The notes below the pieces were generated by a model. That model searched no databases, was not told the DNA's origin, and saw only the letters and a list, made by a program, of their open reading frames with translations. Below, piece by piece: positions 1-6,990 of a stretch of 64,000 nt of DNA (position 1 is the stretch's first letter; each line of letters begins with the position of its first letter). Source of the DNA: Acidobacteriota bacterium (GTDB lineage: Bacteria > Acidobacteriota > UBA4820 > DSQY01). Position numbers and translations under genes: made by a program. Location of the stretch: the NCBI GenBank assembly GCA_021778515.1, contig JAJYCJ010000002.1:1542-65541 (forward strand), given 5' to 3'.

Positions 1-1036
1 CGCCCTTGACCGTGATGGACTGGGCGAGCATGGAGCCGTCGGCGCGCGTAAGCCCCTGGACCTTGACCTTCATACCGGTCGAAAGGGAATTGCCGGACAT
101 CATCTGGCCCTTCCGGGTGATCTGCGTGGCACCGTTCATCACCACGTTGGTGCGCGTGCCGCTCTTGTTCATCGTGAAGCCGGATACATTGCCCGAGGAG
201 TCGTGCATGACACTCTGGATGGAGCCGTTGTCCATCATGCCGTTGGCCATCACGTGGCCGAAGACGGCTGCATACACGCCGTTGCTCACGATGCCACCGA
301 AGGCGACGTAGGCGCCGACCTGGAGGAGCTGGGTGTCGCTGACGGTGGTGCCCTCTTTGACCATGCCACCGCCGCCCATGCCTCCACCGGAGCCACTACC
401 ACTGCCGGAGCCGCTTCCACTGCCGGAGCCGCCTCCCATCCCGCCGCCGCCGCCCATGCCACCGCTACCCATCATGCCTCCGGAGCCCATCCCGCCGGAC
501 AGGTTTCCACCCATGCCGCTGCCCATGTTGCTGGAGTCCATGCCATCAAAGAGGGCCTGCGAAGCGTTGATGGCGTAGATTCCGTCCACCGTGACGGTCT
601 GCGGGTTGCCCTGGGAGTCGTTCTGAATCGCCGTCACCTGGCCCTGAATCATGAAGGTCAGGCCCCGGTAGAGCGACGTGAGAGTAGGAGTGCCGCTGCT
701 GTTGGTTTCGAAGGCCGTGACCATGTCTCCCACCTGGAAATCGGCGGGCGTCAGCGTCTGCAGATTTCCGGAGGCGTCCTCACCCACGTAGACGACCTGG
801 GAACCCAGGACGAGTTGCGCCCCCTGGATGGTGACGCTCGTGCCGTCCATGGCCGTGATGGGACCGGCGAAGTAGGCCATTCCCTCGGGCGTCCCTGTCG
901 TCTGAGCGCTGGCGGGCAGAGCCACCGCAGCCACCAACGCGGCGGTCAGCACGGCGCACAGCCAGGCGGTGGCCCGCACGGGCCGGTGAGTGTGGGTCTC
1001 CATGGGTTCCCCCTGCCGAGCCTGTCTACTATTCAT
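1..1036 (-). CDS. secreted DUF5666-like beta-rich protein with Met/Gly/Ser-rich linker (C-terminus lies beyond window start)
   Basis: Absent from the ORF track because it runs off the window edge. Manual minus-strand translation gives MNSRQARQGEPMETHTHRPVRATAWLCAVLTAALVAAVALPASAQ (signal peptide, AxA site), then ...GPITAMDGTSVTIQGAQLVLG.... A linker GSGMGGNLSGGMGSGGMMGSGGMGGGGGMGGGSGSGSGSGSGSGSGGGMGGGGM lies at about nt 370-540, followed by ...TGMKVKVQGLTRADGSMLAQSITVKG. RBS GAAAGGAG (1053-1046) precedes ATG 1036 / GTG 1039; alternative ATG at 1003. The DUF5666 call is from memory of the pattern and needs an HMM check. Confidence 0.6.
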   Translation of the reverse strand, partial: MNSRQARQGEPMETHTHRPVRATAWLCAVLTAALVAAVALPASAQTTGTPEGMAYFAGPITAMDGTSVTIQGAQLVLGSQVVYVGEDASGNLQTLTPADFQVGDMVTAFETNSSGTPTLTSLYRGLTFMIQGQVTAIQNDSQGNPQTVTVDGIYAINASQALFDGMDSSNMGSGMGGNLSGGMGSGGMMGSGGMGGGGGMGGGSGSGSGSGSGSGSGGGMGGGGMVKEGTTVSDTQLLQVGAYVAFGGIVSNGVYAAVFGHVMANGMMDNGSIQSVMHDSSGNVSGFTMNKSGTRTNVVMNGATQITRKGQMMSGNSLSTGMKVKVQGLTRADGSMLAQSITVKG

Positions 1037-1141
1037 CACGATGCGCTCCTTTCTGAGTACTTCTCTCCACGATCTTTCTTCGCAAACATCCGTATTCTCA
1101 GTCCTCTAAGCTTTTCAAGGCCCATCGGCCGCGGGTTATCT

Positions 1142-1157
1142 TGCAACCTCCGTGCCA
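1142..1157 (-). promoter_or_regulatory. sigma54 -24/-12 promoter candidate for the Met/Gly-rich secreted protein gene
   Basis: Minus strand reads TGGCAC-GGAGG-TTGCA, a full match to TGGCAC-N5-TTGCW. It lies in the 1037-1185 intergenic gap, about 100 nt upstream of the start codon. An NtrC-type activator gene is 1.2 kb away. Confidence 0.6.
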
Positions 1158-1185
1158 CCATCCCTGCCTTGGCCGCCCCCCATGC

Positions 1186-1623
1186 TCAGAAGTAGACGGG
1201 CCAGAATGCGGAGGGGTTCAGTGGATCTTCCACGACCACCTGACCCTTGAGGTGTTCCATCCCGCAGTGCATGGCGAAATGTCCCGCTCGCCTCGGCGTA
1301 AATCTCACATCCGTGATCCCGAAAGGCTTCAGCTTAGTGCTGATGTGCAAGCCGTCCACCACGAGCCTCCGCGTGCAGGCCGAGTCGCTGGGGCGCCAGA
1401 AGCGCAGGTCCGCGGGACGCCCCACGACGATTTCGACGGTGGCGGGCGAGTAGGTCCCCTCCACCGCGATGTTACGGACTTGGGCCCTTCCCGCCCCGCC
1501 CCAGGGCAAGAGCGCCGCCGACAAGACAACCAAGACTATGCACCCTATCACGACGGCCACTTCCCAGCCGTTCGAGGTCGTTTCCTTTTTTGAAAAACAG
1601 AGCTGATTGGGTTTTTGTTCCAT
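1186..1623 (-). CDS. membrane-anchored cupredoxin-like domain protein (paralog 2)
   Basis: ORF 1186..1701. Preferred start is ATG 1623, preceded by GGAGGAGG. TM helix WEVAVVIGCIVLVVLSAALL is followed by a beta-rich domain ending GHFAMHCGMEHLKGQVVV (Cys/His/Met cluster). Clear paralog of the upstream gene. Confidence 0.65.
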   Translation of the reverse strand: MEQKPNQLCFSKKETTSNGWEVAVVIGCIVLVVLSAALLPWGGAGRAQVRNIAVEGTYSPATVEIVVGRPADLRFWRPSDSACTRRLVVDGLHISTKLKPFGITDVRFTPRRAGHFAMHCGMEHLKGQVVVEDPLNPSAFWPVYF

Positions 1624-1716
1624 GCCCGCCTCCTCCATGGTCCCTGCCGCCCCTTGTTCAAGGCGCGTCTTCCAGTCACCTGCCGCAAGGCGCCGCGGCA
1701 CGAACCAATGCGCCGA

Positions 1717-2133
1717 TCAAGTTCCCGCCCAGATCACTCCCTTCAGGCAACCCATGCGGCAGTGAAACGGATACCCGCCCGGCGTGAGGGGGTCAACGAC
1801 GATCCCGGTGGACTGGTCCAGCTTCAGGCTTCGGTCGATGCCCCAATGGGTCAGAACGACACCCCTCGTACAGAGTCCGCCCTCCCGCCGCACGAATCGC
1901 AGCTCCACCGGCTGTCCCGTCTTCACGTGCAGGACGGCTGGGTGAAACCCTTTGGCGTCCATGGTGATGGTCACGACCGGCAAGGGGTGCACCTGATTCT
2001 TATGATCGAGGTAGATGGTGAAGATGATGGCGGCCACCATGGCGGTAAGGCTCACCGCCATGACCACCAGGGCCTGCCCGCCGGTCAGCATGACCGCGGG
2101 AATCAGTTCGTCCTCTTTCCCATTGGCCGCCAT
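1717..2133 (-). CDS. membrane-anchored cupredoxin-like domain protein (paralog 1)
   Basis: ORF 1717..2139 begins with GTG. ATG 2133 has AAGGAGG 5 nt upstream. TM helix ALVVMAVSLTAMVAAIIFTIYL is followed by a beta domain ...PVELRFVRREGGLCTRGVVL...GGYPFHCRMGCLKGVIW. Confidence 0.65.
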   Translation of the reverse strand: MAANGKEDELIPAVMLTGGQALVVMAVSLTAMVAAIIFTIYLDHKNQVHPLPVVTITMDAKGFHPAVLHVKTGQPVELRFVRREGGLCTRGVVLTHWGIDRSLKLDQSTGIVVDPLTPGGYPFHCRMGCLKGVIWAGT

Positions 2134-2180
2134 GAACACCTCCTTGCCCCGAGGCCAGACCCGTGAGGCGCCACCCTAAG

Positions 2181-2196
2181 AGCAAGCAGCGTGCCA
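2181..2196 (-). promoter_or_regulatory. sigma54 -24/-12 promoter candidate for the cupredoxin-like gene pair
   Basis: Minus strand reads TGGCAC-GCTGC-TTGCT (full consensus match), about 45 nt upstream of ATG 2133. An AT-rich near-palindrome at 2205-2221 lies immediately upstream. Confidence 0.65.
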
Positions 2197-2388
2197 CCCG
2201 CAACTGACTGTATATACGTCAATTAGCGTTTGTAGGCTGGTGGAATGTGAGCAGCGCTTCAAAGCCTTTTGAAGGATAGTCTCGAACGCAGCCGCACGGG
2301 CGAACCGGCCATTGCCCACGGGGATGCGCCGCCTACGATGGCCTTCGGGATGGCCAGCGCGGGTCTTGGGGGCTCGTCGCCAGGAAGT

Positions 2389-3720
2389 CTAGGAAAGGCC
2401 GTACTTCTTCATGCGGTAGATGAGGATGTGTCTGGGGATGCGAAGGGAGCGGGCCGCGGCGGACTGGTTCCCGTTGTGCTCCCTGAGAGCCTTCACGATG
2501 GCCTCGCGCTCCATTCCCCACAGGCCCTCCGCCGGCGTCTGCCTGTCGGTCTCCACGCCCCGCATCTCGGGCGGGAGCATCGTAGGGACGATGGCCTGGT
2601 CCGGGTAGAGAATAGCCAGGCGCTGGCACAGGCTCTGGAGCTCCCGAACATTTCCAGGCCATCGGTAGTTGCTGAGAATCGCCATGGCCCCGGGTTCGAG
2701 TTTGGGTTCGGTTCCACCATACTGCCGGCAGAAATGGGAGAAGAGAATCGCCACGTCCTCCATGCGCTCTCTGAGGGGGGGCACGCCAAGGGGAATCACG
2801 TTGAGGCGCCAGTAGAGGTCCTCGCGAAAAGCCCCCGCCTTCACCGCCCCCGACAGGTCCCGATGGGTTGCCGCCAGAATCCTTACGTCCACCGCCTTCG
2901 AGGCACGCGAACCGACCGGATCAACGACCCGCTCTTGAAGAACGCGGAGAATCTTGGCTTGGAGCGACAGGTCCATGTCGCCGATCTCGTCCAAGAAGAG
3001 AGTCCCGCCGTTGGCCTGAACGAACTTGCCGGGCTTGGTCTCGGTGGCTCCCGTGAAGGCGCCCCGCTCGTGCCCGAACAGCTCGCTCTCCAGGAGCTCC
3101 CTGGGCATGGCGGCGCAATTGATGGCCACGAAGGGCTTGCCCATCCTCGGAGAGAGGGAGTGAAGAGCCCTGGCTACCAACTCCTTTCCGGTGCCGCTCT
3201 CCCCCGTGATCAGAACCGTGGCGTCCGTGGGAGCCACGCGGCGGATGGCATCGAGCAGCTTCTGGATGGGCGCGCTAGTACCCAGGATGGATTCAACGGG
3301 CCGCTTCTCCTGGAGGTTTTCTCTCAGGCGCCGGTTCTCCTTCCGGAGGTCCGAGACCCTCAGCGCTTTCTGGACCGTGAGCAGAAGAGTCTCCCGCTCG
3401 ACGGGTTTCGTGAGGTAGTCGGCGGCCCCGAGGCGCATGGCCTCCACCGCATCCTGAATGGTCCCGTAGGCCGTCATGACCACCACGGGGAGGTCGGGAT
3501 CCTTCTCGCGGATGGCCTTCAGCAGCTCGATGCCGTCCATGCCCGCCATGCGGACGTCGGTCACCACGAGATTGAAAGGCTCGGCGGACAAGCACTCCAG
3601 CGCCGACCGGCCGTCGCTGGCCTGGACGACGACGTGCTCCTGCCTCTCCAGGTGGTAGGAGAGTATTCGGCGAAGGTTGGGATCATCCTCGACGATCAGA
3701 ACTCGATTCGCGCGCGCCAT
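2389..3720 (-). CDS. sigma54-dependent Fis-family response regulator (NtrC/ZraR type: REC + AAA+ + HTH)
   Basis: MARANRVLIVEDDPNLRR... with DVRMAGMDG (REC), GESGTGKE Walker A, the GAFTGA sigma54-contact loop, WPGNVREL, and a C-terminal HTH ...AAARSLRIPRHILIYRMKKYGL. The 849-aa track ORF is an out-of-frame upstream extension over the kinase gene. The real ATG is at 3720. Confidence 0.95.
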   Translation of the reverse strand: MARANRVLIVEDDPNLRRILSYHLERQEHVVVQASDGRSALECLSAEPFNLVVTDVRMAGMDGIELLKAIREKDPDLPVVVMTAYGTIQDAVEAMRLGAADYLTKPVERETLLLTVQKALRVSDLRKENRRLRENLQEKRPVESILGTSAPIQKLLDAIRRVAPTDATVLITGESGTGKELVARALHSLSPRMGKPFVAINCAAMPRELLESELFGHERGAFTGATETKPGKFVQANGGTLFLDEIGDMDLSLQAKILRVLQERVVDPVGSRASKAVDVRILAATHRDLSGAVKAGAFREDLYWRLNVIPLGVPPLRERMEDVAILFSHFCRQYGGTEPKLEPGAMAILSNYRWPGNVRELQSLCQRLAILYPDQAIVPTMLPPEMRGVETDRQTPAEGLWGMEREAIVKALREHNGNQSAAARSLRIPRHILIYRMKKYGLS

Positions 3721-3722
3721 GG

Positions 3723-4802
3723 CTACCCTTTCTTGGCCCGAGGCCCGGGGGCAGCAGCGTCCGGAGCCGATAGTCCCCTGCCGCTCTGCCGGAGCCAGAG
3801 CGCGAACCGGGCCCCGCCCTCGGGCCGGTTCTCGCCCCTCACCCAACCTCCGTGGGCCTCCGCGACCTGCCTCACCAGAGCGAGGCCGAGCCCGGTCCCG
3901 TCCTTCCTCTTGGTGAAGAAGGGCTCGAAGAGCCGGCCCTCTTCGCCCGGAGGTAGGCCAGAGCCTTCGTCTTCCACGGCGAAAAGGCAGCCCTCCCCGT
4001 CCAGCCAGGCGTCCATGCGCACCCGCCCGCCTTTTGCCGAGGCCTGGATGGCATTGCGCAGGAGGTTCGTGAGGGCCTGGTGGAGGCGGAAGGGATCCGC
4101 CCAGATCCGGCAGTCCGCCGGCACCCCTATGTCGACCCGCACTCCGCTGCCCTCTGCCAACGCCATGAGACTGTTGCGGCAGGCTTCGGCAATGTCCCTG
4201 GCTCCCAGCTCCTCGGGTTCCACCGTGATGGGGCGCCCCAGATCCAGAAACTCCTGCACCACGGCCTTGAGGCGGCCGACCTCGGCCATAAGAATGTCGA
4301 GAAAGGCCTTCTTGGGATGGCCCTCGGGATAGTCCTCGGCCAGGATCTCGGCCGCGCCCTGGATGGAGCCGAGGGGCGTGCGTATCTCGTGCGCGACGCC
4401 CGAGGCCAGGCGGCCTAGGGCGGCCTGCCGCTCGCTCCGCTCCAGCTGTTGGCGGAGCCGCTCGGCGTTCGACCGCTCGCGCTCGCGCCTGTCCACGAGG
4501 ACCCCCGTCAGAATACCCAGGCCGAAGTAGAAGGTGATCTCGATGAGGTCCTCGTTGGTCCAAATCGGGCCGTGGTACATAAGCGCCAGGGGCAGCGTGG
4601 CGGAGGCGATCACCAGGGCCACACCGAAGCCCCCGGCCAATCCAAACCAGAGCCCACCCAGGAGGATGGGCACGTAACAGAGGCGGCGATGAAGCAGGTG
4701 AATCCAGTGGGGCATCGGAAAGAGCATGTAATGGAGAGACAGCGTGAAGGCCGTCATCAGCACGAGGATGAGAACCCGAACCCACGATGCCCGCTTCTCC
4801 AT
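3723..4802 (-). CDS. sensor histidine kinase with membrane-embedded (about 4 TM) sensor and no periplasmic, PAS or HAMP domain
   Basis: H-box GVAHEIRTPLGSI, N-box LLRNAIQAS, G-boxes VEDEGSGL and GTGLGLAL. The N-terminal 130 aa are hydrophobic and contain LHYMLFPMPHWIHLLHRRLCYVPI. Start taken at MEKRASW (ATG 4802); the ORF is open to 4907. The stop abuts the regulator start. Confidence 0.9.
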   Translation of the reverse strand: MEKRASWVRVLILVLMTAFTLSLHYMLFPMPHWIHLLHRRLCYVPILLGGLWFGLAGGFGVALVIASATLPLALMYHGPIWTNEDLIEITFYFGLGILTGVLVDRRERERSNAERLRQQLERSERQAALGRLASGVAHEIRTPLGSIQGAAEILAEDYPEGHPKKAFLDILMAEVGRLKAVVQEFLDLGRPITVEPEELGARDIAEACRNSLMALAEGSGVRVDIGVPADCRIWADPFRLHQALTNLLRNAIQASAKGGRVRMDAWLDGEGCLFAVEDEGSGLPPGEEGRLFEPFFTKRKDGTGLGLALVRQVAEAHGGWVRGENRPEGGARFALWLRQSGRGLSAPDAAAPGPRAKKG

Positions 4803-5024
4803 TGCCTGCCCTCCGGCTCCGTTGGTGCAAGGCCTGGGCCAACGCGGAGCTTTCACCCGCAGCATGGCCTGCCACCACCTGAACACTATTAACCACATCG
4901 AGCGCATAATATTCTACAATTGGTGGTGTATGGTGCATGCTGTTTCCTGAAGGGAGGTCCTTGCAGTCTCGCCCCTGCTCCGCATACCGTTAGATAGGCC
5001 TCCGTGGGTAACCCCCCGCTCTCT

Positions 5025-5040
5025 TGGCACGCAACGTGCC
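5025..5040 (+). promoter_or_regulatory. sigma54 -24/-12 promoter candidate for the cusC...copA operon
   Basis: TGGCAC-GCAAC-GTGCC: the GG and GC dinucleotides are correctly spaced, with one mismatch in the -12 box. It lies 43 nt upstream of the cusC ATG. It is also a perfect palindrome GGCACG-caa-CGTGCC, so an operator is an alternative reading. Confidence 0.5.
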
Positions 5041-5082
5041 TAAGAGAAGCCACCGCCTGCCGGGCGGGCACCGAGAGGAGTC

Positions 5083-6423
5083 ATGATGAAGCCAATGGTT
5101 GCCGCAGTAGGGACCTTCGCCATGGTGGTGGCCGCCTTCGTCTGTGCTGCCCAGGCGCCGGAGGCGCCCCCCCAGGACCCCATGACGACTTTGGTGGAGA
5201 CGGCCGTCGCCAACAATCCGGCTCTCGCGGCCCAGCGCCAGAAGGTGGCGGCGGCCCTCGATCGCCTCCCGCAGGCCAAGGCCCTTCCGGACCCCACCGC
5301 CGACCTGGAACTCATGATGTTGTCGGTCAACCATTTCAATGCGGGCGACGCGCTCAGCAAAGGGGTCTCCATCGGCGTCACGCAGGCGCTGCCCTATCCG
5401 GGCAAGCGCAAACTTCGGGAAGAGAAAGCGCGGCGCCAGGCGGCCGTGGCCCAGGCTGATCTACACGCCATGGAGAGCGAACTGCGGGGCGAGGTGAAGG
5501 CGGCGGCCTATCGTTACGCGTTGAACCTCCGCCTGCTGGACCTCAATGACCAGACCACAGACGCCTTGAAGGCCGCCGCCAGCGGGGCGATGGCGCTCTA
5601 CGCCTCCGGCGGAGGCACTCAGACCGACGTGCTTCTGGCCCAGACCGCCATCACCCAGGCCGACAAGGAGCACCTCGACCTGGTGCAGGAGCGAGAGATC
5701 GCCGCCGCTCGGCTGACAGACCTGCTGGGCGGGTCTCTCGACCGGTCACTCCTCCAACGGGTGGACATCCCCGAACCGGCCGAGGAGCCTTCCCTGGACG
5801 GTCTTCTGAACGAGCTGGACGGGGGAGCGCCGCGGATCGCCGCCTCACAGGCTCGGGAGCAGGTTGATGAGAGACAGGTGGCTATCGCCAAAAAGGACTT
5901 CGAGCCAGACTTCATCGTGGGTGGGCGTTACCGCCACAACGACGTGACCATGGGCGGGGGAGACTACCTCACGGCGATGGTCGGCATCACCCTGCCCTTT
6001 TTCCACCGAAAGGACCGCTACGGCCCCGCTCTCGATGAGGCCCTGGCCCAGCGGGAGGGAGCCAAGCAGGAGACGGCCGGCGTTATGAACCAGGTTCGCT
6101 ACGATCTCACTGAGGCCTGGCAGTCCGCTTCGCGGGATCGGGCCGTGTTCGAGCTTCTTCAGAACGGCCTCGTGATCCAGGCCAAACAGGCCTATGAATC
6201 GAGCCTGGCCAGCTATGGCGTAGGAAAGACGGACTTCACGACCCTTCTGAACTCGCTGGCTGGATACTACGGCGATCAGCGGCAGACCCTTGTGGCGCAG
6301 GCCGATTTTCAGATAGCCCTTGCTCGCATGGAAGCCATCCTGGGCGTGCCATCCCTCCATGCGGCGTCCCGCGAAGGCGCTGCCCGGCCCGCCGTCACCC
6401 CTCCAGACAAGAAGGAGCATTGA
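5083..6423 (+). CDS. cusC: TolC-family outer membrane efflux protein (CusC-like)
   Basis: Signal peptide MMKPMVAAVGTFAMVVAAFVCAAQA. Typical OEP N-terminus TLVETAVANNPALAAQRQKV and two OEP repeats. First gene of the RND cluster. RBS GAGAGGAG; ATG 5086 is equally possible. Confidence 0.88.
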   Translation: MMKPMVAAVGTFAMVVAAFVCAAQAPEAPPQDPMTTLVETAVANNPALAAQRQKVAAALDRLPQAKALPDPTADLELMMLSVNHFNAGDALSKGVSIGVTQALPYPGKRKLREEKARRQAAVAQADLHAMESELRGEVKAAAYRYALNLRLLDLNDQTTDALKAAASGAMALYASGGGTQTDVLLAQTAITQADKEHLDLVQEREIAAARLTDLLGGSLDRSLLQRVDIPEPAEEPSLDGLLNELDGGAPRIAASQAREQVDERQVAIAKKDFEPDFIVGGRYRHNDVTMGGGDYLTAMVGITLPFFHRKDRYGPALDEALAQREGAKQETAGVMNQVRYDLTEAWQSASRDRAVFELLQNGLVIQAKQAYESSLASYGVGKTDFTTLLNSLAGYYGDQRQTLVAQADFQIALARMEAILGVPSLHAASREGAARPAVTPPDKKEH

Positions 6424-6425
6424 GC

Positions 6426-6920
6426 ATGAAACCCCGCACGATACTGTTGTCCTTCACCGCCCTCGCCGCACTGGTCCTGCTCCTGCTTTCTCCCGCCGTC
6501 TTGGCGGACGGCCCAGGCAAGTCAGGGCTCAGCGCATCTTCGGGAGTCTCCTCCGCGAGGATCACCTACGTTTGTCCCATGCATCCAGAGGTCACCTCGG
6601 ACAAGCCCGGTCGCTGTCCGAAGTGTGGCATGTTCCTCGAGGCCACGCCGCGGGAGATTGCTTACTACACGTGTCCCATGGACGCCGACGTTCGGCAGGA
6701 CCACCCCGGCAAGTGTCCCCAGTGCGGGATGGCCCTTCAGAGGGAGACCGAGAAGGTCGCCTACATCTACGCCTGTCCCATGCACCCGGAGGTGCGCCAG
6801 GATCACCCGGGCAAGTGCCCGAAATGCGGCATGCTTCTGGAGGCGCGGGCCGTTGCGCCCGCATCAGGACGGTCCGCCGTGACGGCCGTTCCCGCTGCCA
6901 ACTCAGGCCACTCTCACTGA
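6426..6920 (+). CDS. secreted protein with three tandem heavy-metal-binding domains (HMBD, CPMHPE...PGKCPKCGM type)
   Basis: Signal peptide MKPRTILLSFTALAALVLLLLSPAVLA. Three modules: YVCPMHPEVTSDKPGRCPKCGMFL, YTCPMDADVRQDHPGKCPQCGMAL and YACPMHPEVRQDHPGKCPKCGMLL. C-terminal tail ends NSGHSH. RBS GAAGGAG lies 8 nt before ATG 6426 (the track ORF starts at TTG 6420). Confidence 0.85.
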   Translation: MKPRTILLSFTALAALVLLLLSPAVLADGPGKSGLSASSGVSSARITYVCPMHPEVTSDKPGRCPKCGMFLEATPREIAYYTCPMDADVRQDHPGKCPQCGMALQRETEKVAYIYACPMHPEVRQDHPGKCPKCGMLLEARAVAPASGRSAVTAVPAANSGHSH

Positions 6921-6990
6921 AGTGTTGCGGGGCGCGATCTCGTTCCATGGCGATCGCCGGCCCGCTGTCCGCAAAACTGAGGAGAAGAGA

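Noticed and set aside
203-1195. 330-aa plus-strand ORF (and the 81-aa Pro-rich ORF 333..578)
   Set aside because: It is low-complexity Ala/Gly/His or Pro text that is the antisense shadow of the minus-strand Met/Gly-rich secreted protein. There is no RBS and no recognisable domain.
2269-4332. 687-aa plus-strand ORF
   Set aside because: It is antisense to the well-supported sigma54 regulator and kinase genes. The Arg/Gly/Pro-rich composition is typical of high-GC shadow ORFs.
3721-4938. N-terminal 400 aa of the 849-aa track ORF 2389..4938
   Set aside because: This is an out-of-frame read-through over the kinase gene (Arg/Gly/Pro junk). The regulator starts at MARANRV (ATG 3720).
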